64,000 nt of DNA from Chthoniobacter flavus (lineage in GTDB: Bacteria; Verrucomicrobiota; Verrucomicrobiia; Chthoniobacterales; JACTMZ01), in NCBI GenBank assembly GCA_945878135.1, contig CAMDUL010000010.1, forward strand, positions 10,022 through 74,021, in the 5' to 3' direction. The translations under genes were made by a program, and so were the position numbers. This document shows positions 18,579-28,106 of this stretch, piece by piece; position 1 is the first letter of the stretch, and each line of letters opens with the position of its first letter. Below the pieces are notes generated by a model that was not told the origin of the DNA, ran no database searches, and worked only from the letters and a program-made list of their open reading frames with translations.

Positions 18579-18899
18579 ATGAATCTGGGTCGCCGCTTCC
18601 GCCTTCTCTGGTTGACCGGCTTGGTCCTCTTGGCCGCCTCCCATGCCATGCATGCCTTCGAGCACTGGGAAATTGCCGCCCACGCGGATTGCGTGGCGCA
18701 TGCCCATGCCGAGGGTGACCACGGGGACGGCGGATCGCGGCACGATCACGGTTGCGCTTCGCACGACCATGCGCCGGCTCTGACGGACGGCGTTTTCCTG
18801 CTTTCATTCACCGAAACCGTCGCGATCGTGCGTCCGGTCTGTCTTGGCCTGCCCGCACCGCAGGTTTCCTCGATCGATCATCCACCGCAGTTGTCCTGA
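18579..18899 (+). CDS. His-rich DUF2946-like leader protein upstream of the metal efflux operon
   Basis: N-terminal hydrophobic segment, His/Cys-rich middle, C-terminal IDHPPQLS. Confidence 0.65.
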   Translation: MNLGRRFRLLWLTGLVLLAASHAMHAFEHWEIAAHADCVAHAHAEGDHGDGGSRHDHGCASHDHAPALTDGVFLLSFTETVAIVRPVCLGLPAPQVSSIDHPPQLS

Positions 18900-19027
18900 C
18901 TGCCGACGGGCGAAGTGTGCCCGTTGCCCGCCACGGCCGGTCGGCCGTGGGGCATCATCCCCCCCGGGCGGGATGTTCACACGCCGCATAACCGGAGCGG
19001 CTTTCCCATGATCCGGTGGTCAGGACT

Positions 19028-20332
19028 ATGAAATATCATCCGACAACTTCGCTTATGGTGGTCGCCTTTTGCGCGGCGGCCGTCTCGCATGCTCGCGCGA
19101 CCGCACTTTCCTTGGAGGGCGCGGTGCAGGCGGCTTTGATGGGCAACCGCGATCTCCTGGCGGCGCGTTATGCCGTCAAAAAATCGGAAGGACGCCTGCG
19201 CCAAGCCGGCTTGCTCCCCAATCCCGAGCTCGAGTTCAACGGTTTCAGCGATTTTGTCTCCGGTGGAAGCGGCGAGGGGGAGTTTACCATAGGGTTACAT
19301 CAAATGTTGCCACTGACCGCGCGCTTGTCGCTGGCCAAGGAAGTGAATCGCGTCGGCGTGGCGGAAGCCCTGCGCGAGGTGCGCAATCATGAGCGTTTGC
19401 TTGTGGCCCGCGTGCAGGAACTTTATGTCCGGTCCCAAGCGGCGGCACGCCGCGGAGCGGACAGCGGGCAAGCCCGGGCCGATGCTGCGGCGCTGGGCAA
19501 GTTGGCGCAGGAACGCCTCGCTGCCGGGCAAGGGGCGCTCTCGGAATCCGCCTTGGCCAGGGTCGAGGAGCAACGCTGGATCACTTCGTCAACCGCAGCG
19601 GCGACCGACGCGGAAAGTTTGCGGCTCGAGTTGAAAACCGCGCTCGGCCTGCCGGCTGATGCGCCACTCGAGCTGACCGAATCTTTGGCCTCCGCCGTGG
19701 AATCACTGCGCGCGCGTTCATCCGCCGCACGGCCGTCCTACCGCCCGGATGTGGAGCTCGCCCTGCTGGCTTTGGACCGCGCCGGTGCCGAGACGCGTCT
19801 GGCCAAGGCCAGTGCGTGGGAAGGCATCCGCGTGGGGGTCGAATACATGCAGGACAACGGGGTGGATGCGCCTGGAGGTATCGATACGGGACATTTCCTC
19901 GGGGTCAAAGTGATGCTCCCTTTGCCCGTGTGGGATCGCAAAACCGGCGAAATCGAGGCCAGCCAGGCCGCCGCGGAGCAAACGGCCGCGCAAGTGCGGG
20001 CCCTCGAATTGGAGGTGGCCAACGGCATCGCCGCGGCACGACGACGCGCGGCCTTGCTCGAGCAGCAGTCGAGCCTCTACGGTCGCGACACGCAGCCGGT
20101 CATCGACGGCGCGGAGCGCGACATGGCCGAGGGTTTCGAACAGGGGCGCGTCGATGCCCGCGACGTGCTTCTCGTCCGCGCGCAGAATGCGGCCCTGCGC
20201 CTCGAATCGACCAAGATCCTCGAAGACCTCGGCCTCGCCCTCATTCAACTCGAAGCCGTCGCCGGCACGCATCCGGCCGTGGCGGCGCCTTACCTCGAAA
20301 AAGAACCCGCCCGCCGGAGAAAGAAACCATGA
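19028..20332 (+). CDS. TolC/CzcC-family outer membrane efflux protein
   Basis: Signal peptide, QAGLLPNPEL, LPLPVWDR..GEI, coiled coils. Confidence 0.9.
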   Translation: MKYHPTTSLMVVAFCAAAVSHARATALSLEGAVQAALMGNRDLLAARYAVKKSEGRLRQAGLLPNPELEFNGFSDFVSGGSGEGEFTIGLHQMLPLTARLSLAKEVNRVGVAEALREVRNHERLLVARVQELYVRSQAAARRGADSGQARADAAALGKLAQERLAAGQGALSESALARVEEQRWITSSTAAATDAESLRLELKTALGLPADAPLELTESLASAVESLRARSSAARPSYRPDVELALLALDRAGAETRLAKASAWEGIRVGVEYMQDNGVDAPGGIDTGHFLGVKVMLPLPVWDRKTGEIEASQAAAEQTAAQVRALELEVANGIAAARRRAALLEQQSSLYGRDTQPVIDGAERDMAEGFEQGRVDARDVLLVRAQNAALRLESTKILEDLGLALIQLEAVAGTHPAVAAPYLEKEPARRRKKP

Positions 20333-21282
20333 AAACCCTCCTCGTCCTCGCCGTCCTCGCGACCGGCCTTCCGCTTTTGCAAGCCGGCCCCGGGCATGAT
20401 CATCCGTCCGAGCCCGGAGGCGCCGCATCGCCGGGCGGTCCGGTCGAGCTGACCGCCCAACAGGCGGCCAATCTCGGGTTGCAGACCGTGGAGGCGGAGA
20501 TCGTCGAACTGGCCCCGACCCTCGAAGTCCCCGCCGTCTTCGTGCTGCCGCCCGAACGTCACGCGCGCATCACGGCGCCTTTCGCCGGACGTGTCACCGC
20601 GTTGCTGGCCAAACTCGGCGACCATGTGCACCGCGGCCAACCCCTCATGCGGGTCACCCCGCTGGCTGTGGGTAGTCCACCGCAGGAAATCCGGGCCCCG
20701 CTCGACGGCGTCGTCTTCGAGCAGGACGCGGTCATCGGCCTGCCCTTCACCCCGGAGACCACACTCATGGAAACGGGCGATTACCGCGAGTTGCTGGCCC
20801 GCGGGAGTTTCTACCAGTCGCCCGAATTGACCCGCGTCGCGCCGGGTCAGAAATCCGTGGTCCTGCTTGACGTGTTTCCCGGCGAACGCTTCGAGGGCGT
20901 GGTCCAGCGCATCGATCCCGGTCACCTCGACGGCAGTGCTTTCTTCCACATCTACGCCCTTGTGCCGAATACTTCGCACAAGTTGCACCCCAATTACCGC
21001 GGCCGCATGCTCGTCGAAACCGGCGCGTTGCAAACCGTGGTGGCCGTCCCGCGTCGCGCCGTGCTCGGCCGCCTCGGGGCCAGATTCGTCTACGTGCAAA
21101 CCGAACCCCTGCACTTCGAGCGGCGCGACGTGGTGACCGGCCTCGTCTCCGGCGACCGCGTGGAAATCGTCGAAGGCGTGCTGCCCGGCGACATCGTTGT
21201 GACCAACGGACATTACCAGCTGCAATACACCACGAGCGGCGGGGCGGTCGCCGGGGAAGCCGGACACGACCACGCGCACTGA
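20329..21282 (+). CDS. RND periplasmic adaptor (CzcB/CusB-like)
   Basis: AGPGHDH N-terminus, ITAPFAGRV, IRAPLDGVV, VEIVEGVLPGDIVVTNG, GHDHAH tail. Confidence 0.9.
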   Translation: MKTLLVLAVLATGLPLLQAGPGHDHPSEPGGAASPGGPVELTAQQAANLGLQTVEAEIVELAPTLEVPAVFVLPPERHARITAPFAGRVTALLAKLGDHVHRGQPLMRVTPLAVGSPPQEIRAPLDGVVFEQDAVIGLPFTPETTLMETGDYRELLARGSFYQSPELTRVAPGQKSVVLLDVFPGERFEGVVQRIDPGHLDGSAFFHIYALVPNTSHKLHPNYRGRMLVETGALQTVVAVPRRAVLGRLGARFVYVQTEPLHFERRDVVTGLVSGDRVEIVEGVLPGDIVVTNGHYQLQYTTSGGAVAGEAGHDHAH

Positions 21283-21285
21283 TCC

Positions 21286-24200
21286 ATGTTCGACCGCCTC
21301 ATCGCTTTTTCCGTGCGCAACCGCCTTCTGGTGGTGGTCGTGGCCGCTCTGTTGGCGGCCTACGGCGGTCATGTGCTCACGCGGATCCCGGTGGATGTCT
21401 TTCCGGATTTGAATCGTCCGACGGTCACCATTTTCACCGAGGCGCCCGGCCTCGCGCCGGACGAGGTGGAGTTGCAGGTGACGCTGCCGCTCGAGACGGC
21501 GGTCAACGGGGCCGCCGGGGTGGAACGCGTCCGCTCCATGTCGGGCATCGGGCTCTCCCTCGTCTTTGTCGAATTCGGTTGGGATACCGACATCTACCGC
21601 GCACGGCAGATTGTCGGGGAAAAGGTGGCCGAAGTGACGCCGTCCTTGCCCCGCGAGGTCCGTCCGTTTCTCGGTCCGGTCTCCTCGATCATGGGCCAGA
21701 TCATGGCCATCGGGCTGACGAGCGACAACGCCGCGGTCAAGCCGATGGAATTGCGCACCCTGGCCGATTGGGATCTGCGGCGGCGGTTGATGGGGATTCC
21801 CGGCGTGTCGCAGGTCACCGTGATGGGCGGCGATGTGCGGCAATACCAGGTGCTGGTCGATCCGGTGACACTGGCCGCCAACCGGATCTCGTTGCACGAG
21901 GTGCAGACCGCCATCGACGAATCCAACGTCAATTCCTCCGGCGGTTTCCTTCCCGACGCCCATTCCGAGATGCTCATCCGAAATCTCGCCCGGTTGGAAA
22001 CGGCGGATGATCTGGCGGCTACCGTGGTCAAAGTGCTGCCGGACGGATCAAGCATCCTGCTCGGGCAAATTGCCGAGGTGCGCGAGGGTGCGGCATTGAA
22101 CAAGCGCGGCGATGCCGGCATCGACGGAATTCCCGGGGTCATCCTCACCGTGCAAAAACAACCCGGGGTGGACACCGTTCTACTGACCCGCAAAATCGAG
22201 GCCGAACTGGCCACCATCGCCGCGAGTTTGCCGCAAGGCGTGCGCGTGCACGGGGACATTTTCCGTCAGAGCAACTTCATCGAGCGAGCCGTGCACAATG
22301 TGGAGGAGGCCCTGCGCGACGGCAGCCTCATGGTGGCTGTTGTGTTATTCATCTTCCTCCTCAACTTCCGCACGACCGCGATCACCCTCACGGCCATTCC
22401 GCTGTCGCTGCTCGTCACCTTCATCGTCTTCAAGTGGGCCGGGCTGGGGATCAACACCATGACCTTGGGCGGGTTGGCCGTGGCCATCGGCGAGTTGGTC
22501 GACGACGCCATTGTCGACGTGGAAAACGTTTTCCGCCGCCTCCGCGAGAACCGCCATGCCGCGCAGCCGCGTCCGGTGCTCGACGTGGTCGTCTCCGCCT
22601 CGCGCGAGATCCGCAATTCCATCGTCTTTGCCACGGTGCTTGTCGTTCTTGTCTTTCTCCCTCTCTTCGCTTTGCAGGGCATCGAGGGGCGCATTTTCAC
22701 GCCTTTGGCCGTGGCTTACATCGTCTCGATCCTTGCCTCGCTGCTTGTTTCCCTGACCGTGACCCCCGCACTCTGCGCCCTGCTTCTGCCGCGCATGAAG
22801 CGCATGGAGCACCGGGGGGATGGATGGCTGGTCCGCCGGATCAAAGCTCTCGAGGCGCGTGTCCTCGCTTCCTGTTTCGCCGCCCCGAAACGCATCTATC
22901 TGGCCGCCGGCGCCCTCTTCCTGGCTGCGCTGGCCACCGTACCCACGCTGGGACGCGAGTTTTTGCCGGAATTCAACGAGGGCAGCATCACCGCCTTTGT
23001 CGTCTCCGCGCCGGGCACCTCATTGGAAGAAAGCAACCGCATCAGCCGGATTGCGGAGGAGTTGCTCGGGGGCGTGCCCGAGGCCAAGACCATCGCGCGC
23101 CGCACCGGACGCGCCGAGGGCGATGAGCACGTCATGGAGGTCAATACCACGGAGATCGAATTCGAATTGGACCCCTCTGACCGCTCCAAAGCGGAAATCC
23201 TGGCCGACATCCGCGGGCGTCTCTTGACGTTGCCCGGGGTGGGGGTGAGTGTGGGTCAACCCATCTCGCACCGCATCGACCACCTTTTATCGGGCGTGCA
23301 GGCCCAGATCGCGATCAAGATTTTCGGCGATGACCTCGAGGAACTGCGGCGCTTGGCCGGCGAGGTCCGCGATGCGGTGTCCGGCGTCCCGGGCATGGCC
23401 GATGTGCAGATCGAACGCGTCACTCTCGTGCCGCAGGTCCACGTGCGCTTCGACCGCGCCAAATGCGCGGCCTACGGATTGCGTCCGGGCGAGGCGGCAC
23501 ATTACACCTCGCTCGCCCTCAAGGGCGCGGCGGTCACCGAGGTGCTCGAGGGACAGCGCTCCTTCGATGTCGTGCTGCGCCTTACCGATGAAGCCCGGGA
23601 GGATCTCGACGCCATCCGGGCCATTCCGATCGATACGCTGAACGGCGAAATCGTCCCCCTTGGTCTGGTCGCCGAGGTTTCCGAGGCCATGGGTCCGAAC
23701 ATGATCAACCGGGAGAACGCGCAGCGCCGGATCTATGTCTCGGCGAATGCGGCCGGCCGCGACCTCGTCTCCACGGTGCAGGACGCGCAAGCCGCGGTGG
23801 CCGACCAGGTCGTTTTCCCCGAGGGCTACTTCGTGACCTACGGCGGGCAATTCGAGAGCGAGGCCGGGGCCTCGCGCATGATCCTCCTGCTCGGCACCCT
23901 GAGCCTCGCCGCCATGTTCCTCGTCCTTTACCTGCAATTCCAGAGCACGGCCCTGGCGGCTCAGGTCATGCTGAACATTCCTCTGGCCTTTGTCGGCGCC
24001 GTCTTCGGCGTGAAATTATTCTCCGGCGGCGTCCTCTCGGTCGCCTCGCTGGTCGGCTTCATCGCCCTTACCGGCATCGCCGCGCGCAACGGCATCATGA
24101 TGATCACCCACTACCTCCATCTCATGCGCGAGGAGGGGATGCCATTCGACCGGGCGATGATCTTGCGCGGCACGCAGGAACGGATCGTGCCCGTGCTCAT

Positions 24201-24432
24201 GACGGCCCTTACCGCGGGTTTGGCTCTTTTCCCGCTGCTCCTCGGGGCGGGTCAGCCGGGCAAAGAGATCCTCCATCCGGTCGCCGTCGTCATTTTCTGC
24301 GGACTTTTCACCAGCACGCTGCTCGATCTGGTCGTGCGCCCGCTCGTTTTCTGGCAATACGGACACCGCGCCGCGCAGCGGCTTGTGCCCCAGGCTTTCA
24401 CCGAACACCCAACCAACAACACACCATCATGA
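21286..24432 (+). CDS. CzcA/CusA-family heavy-metal RND permease
   Basis: 1048 aa; PVDVFPDL, AIGELVDDAIVDVEN, FLPEFNEG, RIVPVLMTA. Confidence 0.95.
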   Translation: MFDRLIAFSVRNRLLVVVVAALLAAYGGHVLTRIPVDVFPDLNRPTVTIFTEAPGLAPDEVELQVTLPLETAVNGAAGVERVRSMSGIGLSLVFVEFGWDTDIYRARQIVGEKVAEVTPSLPREVRPFLGPVSSIMGQIMAIGLTSDNAAVKPMELRTLADWDLRRRLMGIPGVSQVTVMGGDVRQYQVLVDPVTLAANRISLHEVQTAIDESNVNSSGGFLPDAHSEMLIRNLARLETADDLAATVVKVLPDGSSILLGQIAEVREGAALNKRGDAGIDGIPGVILTVQKQPGVDTVLLTRKIEAELATIAASLPQGVRVHGDIFRQSNFIERAVHNVEEALRDGSLMVAVVLFIFLLNFRTTAITLTAIPLSLLVTFIVFKWAGLGINTMTLGGLAVAIGELVDDAIVDVENVFRRLRENRHAAQPRPVLDVVVSASREIRNSIVFATVLVVLVFLPLFALQGIEGRIFTPLAVAYIVSILASLLVSLTVTPALCALLLPRMKRMEHRGDGWLVRRIKALEARVLASCFAAPKRIYLAAGALFLAALATVPTLGREFLPEFNEGSITAFVVSAPGTSLEESNRISRIAEELLGGVPEAKTIARRTGRAEGDEHVMEVNTTEIEFELDPSDRSKAEILADIRGRLLTLPGVGVSVGQPISHRIDHLLSGVQAQIAIKIFGDDLEELRRLAGEVRDAVSGVPGMADVQIERVTLVPQVHVRFDRAKCAAYGLRPGEAAHYTSLALKGAAVTEVLEGQRSFDVVLRLTDEAREDLDAIRAIPIDTLNGEIVPLGLVAEVSEAMGPNMINRENAQRRIYVSANAAGRDLVSTVQDAQAAVADQVVFPEGYFVTYGGQFESEAGASRMILLLGTLSLAAMFLVLYLQFQSTALAAQVMLNIPLAFVGAVFGVKLFSGGVLSVASLVGFIALTGIAARNGIMMITHYLHLMREEGMPFDRAMILRGTQERIVPVLMTALTAGLALFPLLLGAGQPGKEILHPVAVVIFCGLFTSTLLDLVVRPLVFWQYGHRAAQRLVPQAFTEHPTNNTPS

Positions 24433-24845
24433 AATACCTCCTGCTCATCGCCACCATCGCCCTCGGATGCACCCAACCCCTGCATGCGGGGGAAGACCAC
24501 AACCACAGCCATGAACACATCACCATTCCGGCGACTCTGCCGGAGGTCCGCGCTGAAATCACGGCGCAGCAACAAAAGCTGGCCGCCTCCCTGACGGCAA
24601 AAGACGCCAAGACCGCCCACGCGGCCACCGACACGCTCTCCGCTTTGGTCCAAGCGGTGCCCGGCATGGCGGAAGGTTTGGATGAAGCCACCGTGCAGCG
24701 TCTCAAAGGGATGGCCAACAACGCGGCCAAGGCTTGGGGAAACGCCGCTCACGATGCCGAGCACGGCGATTACGACAAGGCCGGACGCGAAGCAACCAAA
24801 GCCGAAGCGGCCTACCGTCTGCTCGAAGCTCGGCTGGCGCCCTGA
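24429..24845 (+). CDS. Secreted His-rich helical protein
   Basis: Signal peptide, AGEDHNHSHEH; ATGA overlap with the RND permease. Confidence 0.8.
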   Translation: MKYLLLIATIALGCTQPLHAGEDHNHSHEHITIPATLPEVRAEITAQQQKLAASLTAKDAKTAHAATDTLSALVQAVPGMAEGLDEATVQRLKGMANNAAKAWGNAAHDAEHGDYDKAGREATKAEAAYRLLEARLAP

Positions 24846-25042
24846 CAAGCCGGGCTTGGCGCCGGTCCTCCCTCGGAAGGTCAACGAAGTCCCTTCTTCA
24901 CAGCGATCTGGGGTCTTCGGTCGGTAGCCCGCCGGTTCCTTGTCAAACGATCCAGCGATCTTACCGGGGAAAAAAGGGAACCGTGCGCGCCGCCGCCAAG
25001 CGGGCGCGCACGGTCTGGTTTGGTTTGCGTTGCTAGTTGCGC

Positions 25043-25495
25043 CTAAGAAACGGGGACTTCGACGGCTTTGGTCTGGATCTCGGGAGCCTTGGGCAGATGG
25101 ACGTGCAGGGTGCCGTCTTTGAACTCGGCTTTGACCTTGTCCGTCTTGGCCCCTTCGGGCAGGACGAAGGATCTTTCGAAGCTGCCGTAGGAACGCTCGA
25201 TCCGGTGGTAGCGGCGGTTTTTCTCCTCTTTCTCGAACTTGCGCTCGCCGGTGATGCGGATGGTGCCGTCCTCCACGGTGACATGGACGTCTTCCTTTTT
25301 CACCTCCGGCAGATCGGCTTTGATGGTGAACTCTTTGTCGTCCTCCGAGACGTCGACCAGCGGGCTCCATTCGGAGGCGCTGATCGTTTCCTCCCCGGTC
25401 CACGGAACGAGGGAACGGCCTCCGAAGAGGCGGTCGATGCGGTTTCGCATGGTGTCCATTTCGCGGACCGGATTCCAGGTGGTGAGTATGCTCAT
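25043..25495 (-). CDS. Hsp20/alpha-crystallin small heat-shock protein
   Basis: WSPLVDV, ADLPEV, ITGERK, ERSYGSFERSF.LP, AEFKDGTLHVHLPK. Confidence 0.95.
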   Translation of the reverse strand: MSILTTWNPVREMDTMRNRIDRLFGGRSLVPWTGEETISASEWSPLVDVSEDDKEFTIKADLPEVKKEDVHVTVEDGTIRITGERKFEKEEKNRRYHRIERSYGSFERSFVLPEGAKTDKVKAEFKDGTLHVHLPKAPEIQTKAVEVPVS

Positions 25496-25620
25496 GATGT
25501 TGTTTTTCCTTTTTCTGCGGTGATTTCGGTTGCCGTGCGCGGCATTCACCGCCGGTGCCGTGCGCGGGTCCGGTTTGACGTCTGAAGCGGCGCTCCGGGA
25601 TGTCCCAAGCAAAGCGCAGG

Positions 25621-25634
25621 GCGAGCGGCGTGCC
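25621..25634 (-). promoter_or_regulatory. Possible sigma-54 -24/-12 element upstream of hsp20
   Basis: Minus strand GGCACGCCGCTCGC = GG-N10-GC, close to TGGCACG-N4-TTGC. Confidence 0.35.
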
Positions 25635-25791
25635 CATGGGGTGTTCGACCCAAAGGAGGAAGACAGGCCACAGCCGAGCGCAGCGAGACGGCCGAGGCCT
25701 CAAGGCCGCAGGCAAATTGACGCGGATGAAAGGCGGGATAGGAAGCTTGGCCGGCTGATTGGCTTGCGGCCATCTAGGTCTTGATGCCTCC

Positions 25792-25904
25792 ATGTCGAGC
25801 ACGCTTCCCTACAGGGACCTTACTTAAGTGGTCATTGGGGCTGCTTTGAGGTGCACGGGGCTCTTGGTTCCGGTTTTTTTGAGGCGGTTTATCGCAATGC
25901 GATT
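25792..25904 (+). pseudogene. GxxExxY protein remnant
   Basis: MSSTLPYRDLT*VVIGAA, then after a frameshift EVHGALGSGFFEAVYRNA (GxxExxY); internal stop, frameshift and truncation. Confidence 0.75.
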
Positions 25905-25949
25905 GGAGTAGTCGTCGGGCGCCGTCCGTCGGTTATCGCTCACCCGGAA
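25904..25949 (+). repeat. 46-bp direct repeat, copy 1
   Basis: TGGAGTAGTCGTCGGGCGCCGTCCGTCGGTTATCGCTCACCCGGAA; 3 mismatches to 28026-28071. Confidence 0.85.
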
Positions 25950-26000
25950 AATTAGCCTCGGCTGTCTCGCAGACTCCGCTGTGGCTAAATTCCGACTTTC

Positions 26001-26510
26001 TTATTCCCGGGCGTAGCGACCGAGGAGTTCGGCGCGCTCGAGGATGTGGTCGCGCATGGCGTCCTCCAAGTCGGCGCGGAACGAACCGGCGCGGAGATCG
26101 AGGGTTCTGTCGAGGGCGTAGAGACGGAAGCAGTAGCGGTGGGTGCCGCGCGGGGGACTGGGACCGACGTATTTGGCCGTGCCGGCGTCATTGGTTCCGA
26201 CGACCGCGCCGCTCGGGACGGAATCCTCTTTGATCACGGTGGTGCCGGGCTGGATGTTCCAGACCGGCCAGTGAGTCCAAGTGCCCATCGGCGCATCGGG
26301 ATCGTCGACGATGAGAACAAGGCTCTTGGCTTCGTCCGGGACGCCGCTGATTTTGAGGGGCGGGTTGACGTTTTTGCCGTCCGCGGTGAAGCGTTCAGGG
26401 ATGGGACGGCGTTCGCTGAAGGCCGTGGTCGAGATTTTCATGCTGGTGAAGGGTTTTGCTTCCGCGGTGCCGGTGAAGAATGGGTGCAGCAGGCAAAGGC
26501 AGGGCGGCAA
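26001..26510 (-). CDS. YbhB/YbcL (PEBP, Raf kinase inhibitor-like) protein
   Basis: NPPLKI, LVLIVDDPDAP.GTWTHW, YVGPSPP.GTHRY.F.LYALD; start may instead be ATG 26441. Confidence 0.9.
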   Translation of the reverse strand: MPPCLCLLHPFFTGTAEAKPFTSMKISTTAFSERRPIPERFTADGKNVNPPLKISGVPDEAKSLVLIVDDPDAPMGTWTHWPVWNIQPGTTVIKEDSVPSGAVVGTNDAGTAKYVGPSPPRGTHRYCFRLYALDRTLDLRAGSFRADLEDAMRDHILERAELLGRYARE

Positions 26511-26839
26511 TCACCTCGGGATCCATCGGGTCAGCATGCGGCGGCCGGGAGGCGGAAGAGGATCAGGGAGAAGAAGGAGGAGTTTTCGCAAGAGCGCTTT
26601 CATGCAGATGATTGTGGGATGTCCGGCCGTGGTGATCCATGGGGTGATCGACCCGGAGATTCGGAGAAAGGATCTTCGTGCCGACCGGCAAACGATCATC
26701 TTCTTGCGTCTTTCCAAAATGAAGCAACTGGTCTCGCCGGAGGAGCGGCGGGCGGCTTGTTTTCGGCGGAGGCGGCGCGTGAAGGCCTTGCGGTCATCGC
26801 CCCATGGTTTGGGAGTCGCGGGAGACTCAGGATGGGGCC

Positions 26840-27700
26840 ATGGAAGAAAAGCAGATCGCGGCTTCCGGCGCGGCGGTGAATGCCTTCGGGCTCTACTTGC
26901 GGGAAATCGGAAGGGAAACCTTGCTCACGCCGGAGCAGGAGAAGGAATTGGCCGCGCGGATCAAGCGGGGGGACAAAGCGGCGCGGGAGCGGATGATCAC
27001 GGCGAACCTGCGCCTCGTGGTGAAACTGGCCACGGGCTATGCGAATCTCGGACTGCCGCTGCTCGACTTGATTTCGGAGGGTAACATCGGGTTGATGAAA
27101 GCGGTGGAGCGATTCGATCCGGCCAAGGGCGGGAAGCTGAGCACTTATGCCGCATGGTGGATCAAGCAATCGATCAAGCGAGCGCTGGCCAACCAGAGCA
27201 AAACAATCCGCGTGCCGGTGCACCAGATCGAGAAGATCGCCAAGATCCGGCGGCTGAACGAGCGACTGACCGCGGACCTGGGCCGCGAGCCGTCGGATGA
27301 GGAATTGGCCGACGAAGTCGGGCTGACGGCGGCGAAAGTGGCTGCGCTGAAGGGCAGTGCGATCAGTCCGGCGTCCCTTGACGCACCGGTCGGCCGGGAC
27401 GACGGGGAGACGCTTTTCGGCGAGATGATTTCGGACGAAAATGCGGAGGATCCGCGTGCAAAGCTGGAGGAAAAAGACGCGCTTGCCGGCCTCGGCAGCG
27501 TGCTCGAGGTGCTGACCCCGCGCGAGCGCGAGATCATGAAGCTTCGTTACGGCTTGGGAGGGGGCAGGCAGAAAACGCTGGAGCACATCGGCGCGAAGTT
27601 CGGGATCACGCGCGAGCGGATCCGGCAGATCCAGGTGGGGGCGTTGAGGAAGCTGCGGCGGGAGATGGGGCGGCAGCAAGCTGTGGCGGTGCCGTATTAG
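26840..27700 (+). CDS. Group 2-like sigma-70 factor (RpoD/RpoS family, no region 1.1)
   Basis: YLREIG, ANLRLVVK, DLISEGNIGLMKAVERFDP, STYAAWWIKQ, TRERIRQIQ. Confidence 0.93.
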   Translation: MEEKQIAASGAAVNAFGLYLREIGRETLLTPEQEKELAARIKRGDKAARERMITANLRLVVKLATGYANLGLPLLDLISEGNIGLMKAVERFDPAKGGKLSTYAAWWIKQSIKRALANQSKTIRVPVHQIEKIAKIRRLNERLTADLGREPSDEELADEVGLTAAKVAALKGSAISPASLDAPVGRDDGETLFGEMISDENAEDPRAKLEEKDALAGLGSVLEVLTPREREIMKLRYGLGGGRQKTLEHIGAKFGITRERIRQIQVGALRKLRREMGRQQAVAVPY

Positions 27701-27812
27701 GGGAAAGACAGGCCACAGCCGAAGGCAAATTCACGCGGACAAACGCGGATATCAGAGGATATGTTTGCGCCGGCTGATTGCCTCCCGACCAACTCGAGGT
27801 GTTTTTAGGCAG

Positions 27813-27874
27813 CGACGGTCATAGACCGCCGCTACAATTTTTCGTCGAGGTGTAGCGGCGCTCTATGAGCGTCG
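27813..27874. repeat. Inverted pair of family-1 GTAG REPs
   Basis: CGACGGTCATAGACCGCCGCTACA (27813-27836) and TGTAGCGGCGCTCTATGAGCGTCG (27851-27874). Confidence 0.85.
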
Positions 27875-28025
27875 GTGCTTTTCCCCCTTGCCCGGATGAT
27901 AACCCCGGTTACTCCCGGAACACACCTGCCAATGTGCAGGTTCAGGGACTAAGGGCTATCTCGCAAAGCCTCGGTTCCGGTGCAAAAAGTCTGGTCCGCC
28001 GGAAGCAATGATTGCGTATGTCGCG

Positions 28026-28071
28026 TGGAGTAGTCGTCGGACGCCGTCTGTCGGTTATTGCTCACCCGGAA
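28026..28071 (+). repeat. 46-bp direct repeat, copy 2
   Basis: TGGAGTAGTCGTCGGACGCCGTCTGTCGGTTATTGCTCACCCGGAA. Confidence 0.85.
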
Positions 28072-28106
28072 GAAATAAGCCCGGCTGGTGTCAGCCAGCC
28101 GGGCCG

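Noticed and set aside
26511-26603. In-frame TGA upstream of ybhB suggesting readthrough or selenocysteine
   Set aside because: The upstream peptide has no recognisable domain, no SECIS-like context is evident, and the PEBP domain is complete without it
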